From: Trichosphaerium sp. ATCC 40318 | Lineage: Eukaryota; Protista; Tubulinea | NCBI GenBank assembly: GCA_038496445.1 | Contig: JALMLS010000322.1 | Coordinates: forward strand, 62,001-126,000 | DNA length: 64,000 nucleotides | Direction: 5' to 3' | Part shown: positions 49,404-62,545 of the stretch, one piece after another | How the letters are laid out: each line of letters starts with the position of its first letter | Position numbering within the stretch: position 1 is the stretch's first letter | The notes under the pieces: model-generated | Databases searched by the model: none | What the model saw: only the letters and a program-made list of their open reading frames with translations | Told to the model about the DNA's origin: nothing | Translations under genes and position numbers: made by a program

Positions 49404-52400
49404 ATGAAGACGAAGTCGGGAGCGAGCAGCTTCCAGCTTTCAGCAGCCACCCAAGCGTCACTGGCGAAGATTGCTGTATTGACCCTCATTTACATTCTCG
49501 GTTAGCCACAGCCTGTTTCTATTACCCTGACCCTTGTAGCCTTTTCCACACGCTTGTTCTCCGTCTTGCGCTTCGAGAGTGTAATCCATGAGGTAAGAAA
49601 GTTTTTGTTTTTTCAAAAGTTTGCTCACGGGCCAGCCATAAATTGGCGTTTAGTGTTATATACCATTTTGGCGTTTTTTACGCTAATACAGTCACCTAGT
49701 TCGACCCTTACTTTAATTTCCGATCAACCAAGTACCTTGTCAATGAGGGCTTCTACAACTTCCTCAATTGGTTTGATTCCGCAGCGTGGTATCCTCTAGG
49801 CCGTATTGTTGGTGGAACTATCTACCCTGGTAGGACGAAAAATGAAAACAGCTTTTACGAAGCCATCACTGACACTCAAAAGGTCTTATGTACACTGCCG
49901 CTATCGTCTATTGGGTTGCCCACTATTTCAACATCCCAATTGCCATTCGTAACGTATGCGTATTTACTGCACCTGCATTTGCCTCCAACACAGCTATGGC
50001 CACATATTTCTTTGCAAAAGAGGTACATAACACCTTTACTCGCTCACAGTTTCTCAATTTTTATTGTTTCATCAACGTTATCGCTTGTTGACTCGAAAAA
50101 CCGTATCGATACAAAAATAACTCGTTTTAGGTCAACAACTCTGAAGGAACAGGTCTACTCGCCGCAGCAATGGTAGCAATTGTACCTGGTACGTTTTTGA
50201 AACTGTGTGACAATAAAACGTGGCGTGTGACTCATCGACCAACGACCTCTTGTTGAAAAATTTTCTTTTACTCAGAAATAATAAATTTCGCTATTTTCAT
50301 CGATTACTCGACACTAAAAAACTTTACAATAGGTTATATCTCCAGGTCTGTCGCTGGATCATACGATAACGAAGCTGTCGCCATTTTCGCCTTGATTCTG
50401 ACATTTTACCTTTGGGTGAAATCAGTAAACACTGGTTCCGTATACTGGTCAATCATGTGCTGTCTTGTGTACTTTTACATGGTTTCCGCATGGGGTGGAT
50501 ACGTTTTCATCATTAACTTGATCCCTATGCATGTTCTCGCCCTTCTTGTCACAGGTACGGCTAAAAAAAAAGAATCATCAAAATACTTGTCCCAGAAAGA
50601 GTTCTTTGTTAAATTTCTTTAGGTCGGTACTCCAATAGGTTGTATATAGCGTATTGTACACTATACGTTGTCGGTACCATGTTGTCCATGCAAATTAGCT
50701 TTGTTGGATTCCAAGCTGTTCAATCCTCTGAACATATGCTTGCTTTTGGTACCTTCGGTTTGATGCAACTCTTCGTTGGTGTCCACTGGGTCCGTGGACA
50801 TATTGGCACTAAATTGTTCGCCGTACGTGCTCGTGACTAGTTTTTTTCAAAGGAAAATATAATTTTTAGTTTATTAACTTCCCTACCTTTAGACTTTCCT
50901 CCGTATCGTAATTTTCACCGTCGGTTCTGTCGTTATCGGTGTTGGTGTTATTGGACAACTTACAGGTTACATTTCACCATGGACGGGTCGTTTCTGGACT
51001 CTCCTCGATCCTACATATGCTAAGGAACATATTCCTATCATCGCTTCCGTTTCTGAACATCAAGTACGTTAAATTACATAATCGACAGTTTTTTTTGTAG
51101 TGGTCTGACGTTTATTTCTCTAGCCTACCACATGGTCCTCGTTCTTTTTCGATTTGCACATTCTCACCTTCTTGTTGCCTGCCGGTCTATACTTTTGTTT
51201 CAAAAAGTTGTCTGACGCCAACATCTTCGCCATTTTGTACGGTATCTTCAGCGTCTACTTTGCTGTACGTAACATGCCTCCAAAAGCCGTTTGGTTTTGA
51301 ATTTTTTTTTCGAAGATTGACTTATTCTTAATTTTGCTCGTAGGGTGTTATGGTTCGTCTTATGCTCGTACTTGCCCCTATTGCATGTGTATTATCTTCC
51401 ATTGCTGTCCACGAAACAATGAAGACTTACATGAACTTTATTACTGCCCCAGAAGTCAAGAAGACAAAGTCACAAAAAGCTAGACAAACCTCTGGTGCTG
51501 ACGCAAATGTCCAAAGACAAATCGCCTACGTCATGATCGCAGGTCTTCTCTGCCTTCTCGTATTGTACACTTTCCACTGCACATGGGTACGTGTTAGACG
51601 AAGATTACTTTTTTTTTTTTCTGTTGTTGTTTTGAGTTACTGTTATTTACTGGTTTCCGTAGGTAACCTCTGAGGCTTACTCTTCACCATCTATTGTATT
51701 GGCCGCCAAGCAACCAGACGGCAGTCGTATGATCTTTGACGATTTCCGTGAGGCTTACTGGTGGTTGCGTCAAAACACCGCTGAAGATGCACGTGTAATG
51801 TCATGGTGGGATTACGGATACCAACTCTCAGCTATGGCCAACAGAACTGTTTTGGTAGATAACAACACATGGAATAACACTCACATTGCACAAGTTGGCA
51901 AGGTACGTTGCTTGATGCAAAAAAATGAAAAAAAAAGATTTTTTTTTTTACTAAATTCTACTTCTTGTAGGCTATGGCTTCAGATGAAGAAGTCTCTTAC
52001 GAAATTATGCAAAACTTGGACGTTGACTACGTTCTTGTAATTTTTGGTGGTCTTACCGGGTATGCCTCAGATGATATCAATAAGTTCTTGTGGATGGTTC
52101 GTATTGGTAGATCTTGCGACCCTAACATTAACGAAACCGATTACTACACTGATAACAACGAGTTCAGAGTTGATAGTGCTGGTGCACCAACTCTACTCAA
52201 CTGCCTCATGTACAAACTCTGTTACTACAGATTTGGTCAAGTATACACTGAGAAAGGTAAGCAAAGAGTTCTTTGTGAAAAAAACTGAAAATTTTTTTTT
52301 TTGGTTTTTCGAGTTGGTTCAGAAGTTTTTTGTTAACGCTTTTATCTGTTTAGGAAGACCATCAGGTTATGATAGAGTAAGAAATACTGAAATTGGTAAC

Positions 52401-52496
52401 AAGGACTTTGAATTAGAACATTTGGAAGAAGCATACACTTCCCAACACTGGATCGTCAGAATCTACAAAGTCAAACCTCCAGAGAACAGAGGATAA
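49404..52496 (+). CDS. STT3: Oligosaccharyltransferase catalytic subunit STT3 (multi-exon)
   Basis: ESVIHE|[58 protein letters not shown]. Confidence 0.98.
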
Positions 52497-52662
52497 ATTA
52501 GAAAAACAAATTTATGATCAAAAAACATCTTACTTAAAAATTTGATGGATTAAGAGGGTTCACGCAAAAAAAAATTGTGCCCATAAAAATAAAACCGCAC
52601 TCAATAGTGCTTTTTCAAAAAAGTCCGATTATTTGTGATGAAACGAGATGAGTGAAAGCTAT

Positions 52663-55199
52663 TTACTTTGTACAAAGTTTGCCTTTTTTCTTTAAAATGG
52701 CAGCATTGACAGCTATTGCTCGCGATGAACAGCCCAGTCTGCGACCTCAAAGCATGCTGATAATAGAATGTCAAAGAGAACTACCATTAGGCTAATAATC
52801 AAATCTTTTCCAAAGAGGTCCATCACTAAAAACAAAATTGTTTAGTATACACTTTTCAATAGTTTCTGATGTACACCATACCTAGTTTAGTGTCTGATAC
52901 ACATGCTGCGCTTTCAGCAGATGTTGCATTAGGAAGAGAGCATGTAGTATTACTCTTATGGTTGTTTGTAATACCAATAAGAGCGCCAACTAAAATGAAT
53001 TGCAAGACTTTCAAAATCAAATCAGCAACAGAAATCCAGTTCAACCAACGTTGAGAAACATCCTATAATCAATACTTAGACAGCAACAGAGAACATCCAA
53101 TAGGTTAGAAAACATTACCTTATTAAGCATAAGCCAGCTCTTGTAGAGGTTACCACGTGGTAGAGTGATACGCCAGTTGAAAATAGCCTAATAAATAGTC
53201 AGTCCAAGATATCAACATCCACGTGTTTTTTTCTTGTTTAAGACGTACCAAGGTGATAAGTGAAGGAATAACAAACATACGCAAGAAAGCAGCAGCTGCT
53301 ACTAATGTTACGATAGATCCATAACCTGGGAAGTCAAGAAAGCATGATGGGCCAACAACTATAAGAGAGTAACATATTTAGGAGAAAGGTAAAAAACCAT
53401 TGGTCGTACAGTAGCCTCTTGTTATATCGCATGTTGCTTCGCAGCATCCGTTTGGGATTTTCCAATCAATAACATAGAAAGTACCAAGAAGTAGTGCTGA
53501 AAAGAAGAAGCTAGAAGTCTAGGAAAGGGGAGATATTAAACTTCTTGTCTTTAATGAGAAAAAAAGAAGAAAACAAGTACTTGTTTGAAGAAAGCGATCA
53601 ACTTCATTGTCTTTGTATAAGGTTTATAAAATGCGGCATCAATCTCCCTTAGCCCACAGCATTGTGATTTATCTACAGAAAAAAAAGTAAGCAAAGCTAG
53701 AGTACGCAAATCAAAAAAAACTCTTTTGTTTTTGTTGTTTCTTGTTTTTTTCAGCGTCTAAAACCACGCACTTTCTCCAAATGATTTGTAACGTGTAGTC
53801 TTCCATAAGGTAAATCCGACAGGAAGGCCTGCGAGTATCAACAAAAATATGGTACCAGCAATCCAGCTCGCTAAAAAAATCAATTGTAAGTATGCTAGAA
53901 TTTGCTTGAAAAATGTCTTAAAGTACATGACATGACACTAATTTTGATGCTTGTTGCAACGTTAGGATCCATGCCCTTTGTAATCTGTTAGCATAACCTG
54001 AAAGGGTTTTCTTAACGCACCAAAAAGTGGCTTAAAGGAGTAGCTGGGATAGTGTCAAATGCGGCAAACCTATAAACTAATCGTAGTTAGCACGTGGGAA
54101 GTCGAAGTATTGTTTCTAACTTACTAGCAAGACCGATAAGAGGGAGAATCACAGCAAGCAACATGGAGATTAGCGTCAATACAGATTGAGTTTTATTGAT
54201 GCTAGGTTCCTTGTCGGTCTTGGTGGGACGCCAGTAAGTCATAATAAGAGTCCTAACAATATGTAAGTAACTCACGACAAATACGTAAAAAAAAAAAGAA
54301 AAATAATTCTTGTTTTGCGCTCTTGTATCTTTACGTACCACCAAACTAATCCACAAAGCAAACCCATATATATAAAGGCACTAGCAGTGCGCCCAACAAT
54401 AAGGAGGTTCGACCAATTGCCATGTTCTTGGTGAGACAAGTTAGACTGTTAAAAACCGTTAGAAGTGCGTGATCAAAAGTAGTGCGTACGATCCATATGG
54501 ATTCCACTGTTGTACACGCTATTGAGTTTTGTTAGAGAGGTTTTTGTACTAACAACGCGAATATCGTTCCAAATGTGTCACGCACTTGAATATGCTGCTG
54601 GATCAGCTAAAAGATGGAGTTAATGCGTGTGGATAGATTGTAACGTACCAATAGAGAAATTATCTAAACTATCAGGCTCAAAACCTCTAAAATATCGCAA
54701 CCGGTTAGTTGGCGTGTGATTGAGCTGCTGGCGTACCGGTGGGCCGTTAGAGCGGTAAATACAATGTGGCATGTTCCATCTACATAAGGTTAAATAGGCT
54801 GCGGGCGTTCTTCTACGCAATGCTTCCTTACTTGGATACTCAGCTTCGATTCGTGTCCAAGCACTACCCAAAGGTACAGCAAGCATCAATGGGATCAACA
54901 ACCACGCAACGACAATGAATCCGGGCAAGTAACACCTGTGGCACAAGTGCTAGCAGTAGCGTTAGAAAAACTGCACGTAAACTGATGGGAGTACCGAAGA
55001 CGATCTCAAAGGCACCTTGGCATTGTTAACAGCTATGTATGTAAGTTAGTGTGCGAGGGACAAATTATTTACCGGCTGGAGGGTTTACTGACGATGTGGG
55101 AGCGACTGGGGTAGGATCTGCCTCAGTATAGGACTCTAATTCAATATCGTCGGTTTGTTTGCTCATTGAGTCTTGTTCAGAAGCGCTAGTTTCACTCAT
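52663..55199 (-). CDS. Multi-pass membrane protein of unknown function (multi-exon)
   Basis: Acidic N-terminus MSETSASEQD; many hydrophobic exons (54087..54356, 52856..53044) joined by GT-AG introns. Confidence 0.6.
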
Positions 55200-55520
55200 C
55201 GCTAGTAAAAATAGTCTGTGCTAGATGGACTACGACTACAGATAATTATTATTTGCGTTTAAGCACGTTTGCTAAAAATATCGATTTTAGTCTGACACCA
55301 CACTCATTTTGAAATGATCAACTAACCTAGCACTCAACAAGTGTCGTGGCGCCTATTCAAGGTGATTTCGTAGTACGTCCGTAACTTAGTGCAAATGGCT
55401 TACTGAAAATGACCTGAATGTACATTGTAATAACATAGTGTTGCTATCGCATTACGGGGTATATTTTAACACCTTGCCACGCTTTAACTAAATACCTAAA
55501 AGAGAAAATTACCGCTAACC

Positions 55521-57159
55521 ATGTTACATTCCTCTCGATCAGTACAAAAGCTTACTACAAGGCTAAAACACCCAAAAGTATGCCTCTACTCTTTGCTAGC
55601 GAATTTCTGCTCTAAAACCCCTTCAGTTAGCGTATTTACCACCTCTGGAAGGCTACCTGTATAAATGGGATCAAAAATTACTATCATTTACAGATTGGCG
55701 TCGTTTATGGTTCTGCCTTGAAGGTAGGCAACTACTGGAGCATATTTCGACTATTCGTTCACATCTTCCTACCCCATTTTTCTTGGCGTACGCTAATTTT
55801 TTCTTGTAGGCGACAAACTGTTCTACTACCCCAATGACTTGGATTTGGAGCATTTAGGCCATATTGAGTTGCGATCAATAAAAGAAATAAAACATAAACC
55901 ATTCGGTAGAAGAAGTAGAGGAGGAGATGTACGCTCTACGCTCTAAAATTAAATTGATGGATTGTCATAAAAAAAAAAACTAATGACACGTTTTGTTCTC
56001 AAGTTTACGTTTTTAGGACGAGAAATGGATTATCGAGATTACTAGCGACTCGAAACCAGTGTATTTGAAAGCTAAATCAAAGAGGGATACAATAGCATGG
56101 ATTAAAGGGTTAAAAGTACGCCAACAAGAAAGAAAAACTTTCCAACTCCTTACACTCTTTTTTTTTTTTGTTTTTCTTCAGTGTTACTATTTTTTTGTTC
56201 TTTGATCTAATACAACCCTCTCTAGAAGTGGCATGGATTTTTTAAACAAGAGTGGGAAGAAGTACTGGCAAAAGATTTAGATGGTAATAAAAGTGGTAGC
56301 GATAAATCAAAGAGCGGAAGTGATGATTCATTGGTGTGTTTTTCTTCGTTTTTTCCTATTATCCTTATCCTGATGATATGGTAGGACAAGGATAAATTTG
56401 CGCGAGCAATAGAAGACGGACAACCGCCACTTCGTATGAAGGATTTGGAAGCCGGTAAGTCTTTTGTTGTGTACTTAATGTCATTGTCTTATTAACTCGC
56501 CTACAGAGCCAAGTGAGTCTGGTACAACTCTTCACGGAGTGTCTAATGACCCAAAAGAAACTATATCTATGCTCACAAGAAAAGTAAAAGACTTGGAAGG
56601 ACGCGTAGCCAGTGATATTTCGAAGCTGTCTGCTGTCAATATTCAACTAGAAAAGCTTAAACTAGAGCATATAGCACAGCGTAAACGTAGCGAAGAAGAA
56701 ATTCAGCAATTAAAACAGAAACTAGCGGATAGAGAAGCAGCTTTTGCAGCAAAGAATCTACAGCTTGAAAAGGATCTTGTACAGAAGGAATATGAAGCAA
56801 GAGCGTATTTTATGACAAGTGAAACAAAAGATGAAGAAATAGATAGATTAACAGCAAACATCGATTCTCTTACAAGCAAAGTTGCAAAGCTTACCGAGGC
56901 GTCATCAACAGGGTCTGATAATTTTTTAATGCCTTTCAAAGAGCGTATTCAAGGACTTCTTTTACAGTTAGAAGGTGCTGAGAAGGAGAACGCAGCTCTA
57001 AAAGTACGTTTAAAAGAGAAAACAGGTGAAGTAGTACAAACACGGAGATGGAGTTGTACTAAAGAGAGCATTGATGAAGTTAGCGCTTGGGCCAAAACTA
57101 CATCAAAACCAAAACCAAAGACTGTATCAGATGAAGCCACTAAAGTGGACACAGCATGA
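55521..57159 (+). CDS. PH-domain + coiled-coil protein (multi-exon)
   Basis: LEGYLYKW..DWRRLWFCLEG|DKLFYY..LGHIEL, YLKAKSKRDTIAWIKGL; long coiled-coil exon 56539..57159. Confidence 0.8.
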
Positions 57160-57399
57160 GAGTTGTATTGTAATAATTAGAAGGGAAAATCAACATAAAA
57201 AAAATTGACTCTACACAGTCATGTATGCGATAATAACTAAAACTTTGTGCTGTGGTCCAGTAAAAACAAAAATCAGTGTAAAACGCATGGTAGCGTTGAG
57301 TACGACTGTTTTTTTACACGTCATTTATTTTTGCTAACACGTGCATCAGAATGCAATGGTACAAACTTCTAAAGATACAATTTACTACTAGAGGTTGCT

Positions 57400-57456
57400 G
57401 AACCCTGGACCCCCGCGTTATTAGCACGGTGCTCTAACCAGCTGAGCTATACGACC
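57400..57456 (-). pseudogene. 3'-truncated copy of tRNA-Ile(AAU), broken in the T-loop
   Basis: Identical to 58519..58575 up to GGGTTC, then unrelated sequence. Confidence 0.9.
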
Positions 57457-58044
57457 ATATTTTGCTTATTAACTATCTCGTAAAAACTCGACCCAGTAGT
57501 TACATTGCAGCCAAATTGTCAGTCACCACCAAAAATAATGTCTCAGCAATGCAAACACCAACAGTAATTGATTCTCCCTTGGCTATTTGCACAAAGTTAC
57601 ACAGGAAAACAAAATTCCAGTGTCGACTTTTATGTTGGTAGCGTATTACTTGAGCTCGTTGTCGCACAAGTGTCAGTTATTGTAACGTTAAACAACACCT
57701 TACATATTACAATCCTCGTTTCATATGGGCCTGAATATTCGTAAATACTCAACCACCGCCATTCCAAAGTCGGCACAACAATGCAATTTTCAAGATATCA
57801 AAGGGTGGCTTGTTATTGCATCCAAGGTAAATTTATATATCTCAAATACCTCCAAAGAAATATGGGTGCTTTTATGCAAATAACAAAAAGCAGTATTGTA
57901 ATTGATGACTTTAAACTCAACAACCACAGAAGGTAGGACCTTATGCCATGGCAATGTTGGCCTCAATTGCGCGAGAGCGTTGCATATTCTTTGTGAAACA
58001 GCAATTGATAAGCATTGAAGATGGAGCGTTACTGGTCTAAAATA

Positions 58045-58323
58045 AGGTTGTGGTTCTATCGTGTACTTAGTTAGCATCCGCCTTTAGGTTATCAACCTGG
58101 CCTCTCACTGGTAATAAACGTTCCATACTCTTTAATAAGAGGCTCACTTATATGGAATGCCTCTTCATCTCTATCAATACTACATAAACATGACGTAAAC
58201 TACGCCGATAACATACCTAAGACGACTTTGGTGACCACCTGCACCAAACGTACAATCGACATATACACTTCCCTTACATGGTTGAAGTAACGATACAGAC
58301 TTGTTCACCAAAACTTGAGCATG
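58045..58323 (-). pseudogene. RsmH/MraW (METTL15-like) rRNA methyltransferase gene fragment
   Basis: HAQVLVNKSVSLLQPCKGSVYVDCTFGAGGH, intron, IDRDEEAF..KEYG; in-frame TGA just upstream, frameshifts downstream. Confidence 0.8.
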
Positions 58324-58518
58324 TCATTTTTGTCATCGTTTTTTTCATATTAGCATTACAATGCCAACTGCCATACTGTAAAACAAAGTGCTTTTGGATG
58401 TCAACAAATTTTGATATTAATTGCTCTAGCTAGACATTATTTTTGGTGGTGACTGACAATTTGGCTGCAATGTAACTACTGGGTCGAGTTTTTACGAGAT
58501 AGTTAATAAGCAAAATAT

Positions 58519-58592
58519 GGTCGTATAGCTCAGCTGGTTAGAGCACCGTGCTAATAACGCGGGGGTCCAGGGTTCGATCCCCTGTATGACCA
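58519..58592 (+). tRNA. tRNA-Ile (anticodon AAU)
   Basis: Full cloverleaf GGTCGTA/TATGACC, GCTC/GAGC, CCGTG-CTAATAA-CGCGG, CAGGG-TTCGATC-CCCTG; T-runs downstream. Confidence 0.97.
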
Positions 58593-58960
58593 ATAACCTT
58601 TTGCCTTTTTTCCTCTGCCTGTATAACTTATTTTACCTTCTATATCTACTATATGTATGTACTCTCTAGTATTTTATGCATATTATGTTGCTTTATCATC
58701 AAAAACGGTAGTCTACATGGGCCGTGATAGGGTCATTAAGTTTGTTTTTTCATGCTTTTCATGAAAAGCTATTTCTCCACTCAGCTGAGTCATACGACCT
58801 TTGTTACTGGTTCAACTGCCAACGCATTGGTTACTGCGCAAAAGCTGATTACAACAGAAGAGTTTTACATATATTGATTTGGCATGCTCTTTTAGTAATG
58901 AGGAATGAATGCGCTTTTGTGGCGAAATAGATTTATACTCTGAATTATGAAAGGTACCGT

Positions 58961-61900
58961 CTATTTGGTGGGTTTACCAAGTACAATACCCATACAAATT
59001 GTATGTGACTCATTGTCATCTTTACTTGCAGGTTTACCGTCATCGTGATATCTAGTTGTTTCAACAACCATACAATAGAATGTAACAAACACGCATACCT
59101 GCAAAGTTCTTTGAAACCAATCTTTTTATAGAAACGGAGTGCACGCGCATTATTAGAAGCCATTTCAAGATGGACTCCAGGAGAACCAGCTCCCATAAGC
59201 GCAAATAGGAGTTTGGTTATCATCGCTGTACCATTACCACATCCCTACAAGTTAAATCATTAGTGCCAAAAGCAAGTAAAAAAATAACGGAAGGCCAAGT
59301 ACCTGTGCACGTGGAAGCAAGTCAATATGCATGTGTGAAGGGTATGTGTTTTGTAGAAGGTCTGGAAAGAAGAAAACTGGATTATAAAAACTACGTATAA
59401 GGCCACCAGCCTCTGACGTATCATCCTCCTTAAACGAGTCAAACCAAAAAAGAACAAAAAAAGATTTTCGTTTTTGACTTTCTAAAGGCGTACTTTTGGT
59501 TCCTTGTACATTTTACGTAGTTTAGGAAGCCACGTATCGTGCATCTTTTGATAAAAATCCTTTGAATCCAAAGCTCCTATGAAGTATTAGAGAAAAAAAA
59601 CACCCTCAAGCTGATGACGGATTGGACGTACCTAATACATAGCCGCACACACCTTGATCATCTTTCTGATGTTGTGAATGTTAGAGATGTTAAAATCGTA
59701 TTTTAGTTACATACCAATAAGAAGGCAAACTTTGAAGACATGACTATGTAAGGACCAACATATCTTAAGAAAAATATTGTTAGAAAAGCTTGGATTTTCG
59801 TAATGACTTGCCTGTGACCTATTATCTTTGGGTCGTTAGGAAATAAGTGTGTACCATCATCACCACTATCCGCTGTCTTAAGACAAACGTTATAAGCGTC
59901 TAAAAGGTATTAATGGTACGCTTAAAAGAGCCGAGTACCATCTTCATATTTAGGCTCATAGTTAATTATTTCGAACTGGTTAAGAGTTTGTGCAGGTACG
60001 AAAGTAGCATCTGGTTTGTAAACAAGTAATGACTCGAGCCGTCTCAGAAATCCTCCACGGTAAGGACCTGGCCTTTAAATTTAAAAAAAAGGTAAGTACA
60101 AGATCAATCAAAGCACGTGCAAAGACATATGTAATACCACGACTATCAAATCCAAGAGTTCTCATTATTATAAGTTCTTGTTTCAGAAACATATTATGTC
60201 CACGTGGAGAAAAACAAAACCTACTTTCTTACCTATGAAATTTTGTAGAGAATTTTACTGATTTGCCTTCTTTTGCACGAGCTTGAACGTATTCAGCGAG
60301 AATATCAGCTTCTTCGGCAGCGTTCCAAAGGTATCTATACATTGAATACCTACAACTGTTAAAAACCTCAGGTGATGAGCATAGAAACACATACAATAGT
60401 TCTCTGTCTTTGAGGTATCCCATCTTATCGAATAACGCCCGAATTCTCTTACATAGCGCTACAAATGCGTCAAGCTTTGTGACTGTGTCTTTTGATGTGT
60501 AGTTACTATGAAACAATGGGTTAGATAGTCTGTTTAAAGAGATTGCTTACCTTGTGCCAAGTAGGAATTTTGCAGACGCCAGGAAGTCATTTACAAGCTT
60601 GCTTTCATTGTGAGGTAGGTAGAACAAAGAAACAAGAAGAACTAAGTCCTCTTTGGTTATTTGTTTCTTAGGCACAGAAGACGCAAAATGAGGTAGCCAA
60701 GAGTCCAGAGCTGTTTCAAAGAGGTTAGGATAATAAATTGTAGAGGATAGATTACCTTTATCAAGAGCAGCTTCGGGCGAGTAGTCAGACTTTTGTAGAG
60801 TTAGACAAACAACATTAAAATGCACGCACAGTTGATGCCCACGCACCCAAGGTGCATATAGGTACGTAATTCGCAACAAACTGGCAGTTAGGATTAATAA
60901 GCAAACCAGCAATCTCGTCCTTGATCGCGCTATCTCTATGAGCAAAAGGACCAAGGAATAGCCTATCTATAGCGTAATCATTGGCGTAGAACTAAAATAA
61001 AAACTAAGAATTCTGATGTTATTACATGAAAAAATAAAAAAGCGTTAAAAACGGACGTACGTTGTCCCAAAGCATTGGTTTGCGTTTGATGACTTTCCTC
61101 AGTTTGCGCATATCTTCGACAGTGGTCTCTTTATCGATAATCTCCTTGCCTAAATGTTTTATCAATAAAAATCATGTTTTTCGGCTGTTAATTTTCTTAC
61201 CTGTCCAAAGTACGTGGATGTTCTTTGCTAGGTTATCACCAACACAGCTTAAATAATCGTGTTTGGATACGTCGCCATCTGCCATTATCTCACAATAGGC
61301 AGTTGGGCAAAACAAGAATAACTGTGGTTTACTAGAACAGTTAAAAAAGAGGTAGATGTCTACTTGTATTGTACGAGTCCTTGCTTTCTGAAAGCTCCAA
61401 TGCCTTCAATACTTCGTTAGTAAAGCAGCACTGAGCCTGAGCCACTGACGAGTAGACTTTCTTGTCCTCTTCGCTCAGCGTAGGTTGGATATCATCCCAG
61501 AGAATAGCGTAATCAACACAACCAACTTGTAATAAAAAATTTAAAAAGAAGCTTCAAAAGGCGTTAAGAACACGTACTTGTGCGCAGCTGTGTTAGTTTA
61601 GCGATGGCTGCCTGAATATCAACGGTTGACGTGTGTGACACATCCAAGCCTGCCAAAAAGTGAGGAGAGGTAATCTAAGGTACTATACCGGGTGCCAGAG
61701 CATAAACAAAGTTGACACCTATGAAAGGTTACAACAAAGCGCGTTTCGCTAGATTTTTTGGTGTACCAGTTTTTTTACATTCATCTACCAACGCCTTGAG
61801 TGATTGAAGCTCGTTTGGCTCATACACTAAAAAATTAAAAAGCAACTAGCCGAAAGCCGGCGTACACATGCGCCACGTATTGCGGTGCTTATCATCGTCT

Positions 61901-62028
61901 TTTGGCGCGTACATAAAGCAGTTCAAGCTATTTCGCTTCATAGTGCTAAATAACTCAAATCTTTGTTCCTGGCGCCAAGGGCGACCATAGAAACCTTCAA
62001 TAACGCCACAATAAAAAGGATCGCTCAT
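58961..62028 (-). CDS. OGA: O-GlcNAcase (GH84) with C-terminal GNAT domain (multi-exon)
   Basis: [61 protein letters not shown]; C-terminal [27 protein letters not shown]. Confidence 0.93.
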
Positions 62029-62146
62029 CTTGATGAGTTAACGGCGAAAAATAAGCGTTAAAAACCGTAGAGCGGCTAATTCGTATGTAAAGTGCTAGTT
62101 TTATTCTCTGGTTACTAGTAAAAAGTCAGACGGTGTCTCTCTGTCT

Positions 62147-62545
62147 TTACTTGTCAGCTTTTTTGAGGTCTGCGCCTTTGGCTACCTCGCTGAGGAGACT
62201 CTTGTGCTCGTTCTTCTTAATCTTGACATCCTTATCGATAGCAGGAGCGGATTTGTCTGTGGTTTCGGCGTGTTTCAAATCAGAACCCTTGGCAACCTCC
62301 TTGAGGAAAGGATCGCGATCAACCTTCTTGATTTTTACGTCTTCTAAACCGAAGAAGTTAGTTTGGGAGTAAAATAAAACCAAACGCCGCTAGTACAACT
62401 ACCAAACGGCCGGCAAAGAACAGTGCTAAGTTAAGAAATACGTACTCTCAATCACTGGTTTGGATTTGTCAGTGGTTTCAGCGTGTTTTAGCTCTGGTTT
62501 GGCTTTGGCGAGTTCGGCTACGGCTTTGTCGTGTGCTTCAGTCAT
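62147..62545 (-). CDS. Actobindin (WH2/beta-thymosin-repeat actin-monomer binder; 1 intron)
   Basis: Repeats LKHAETTDKS (x2) plus LKKADK; strong codon bias. Confidence 0.9.

Larger units (their letters stand above)
57400..58575. repeat. Perfect 144-bp inverted repeat (57400..57543 / 58432..58575) with 888-bp spacer
   Basis: The arms are reverse complements with no mismatch seen. Confidence 0.92.

Noticed and set aside
57790-58077. 95-aa ORF in the inverted-repeat spacer as a transposase
   Set aside because: No DDE/HUH/recombinase motifs; only its first residues continue the RsmH fragment
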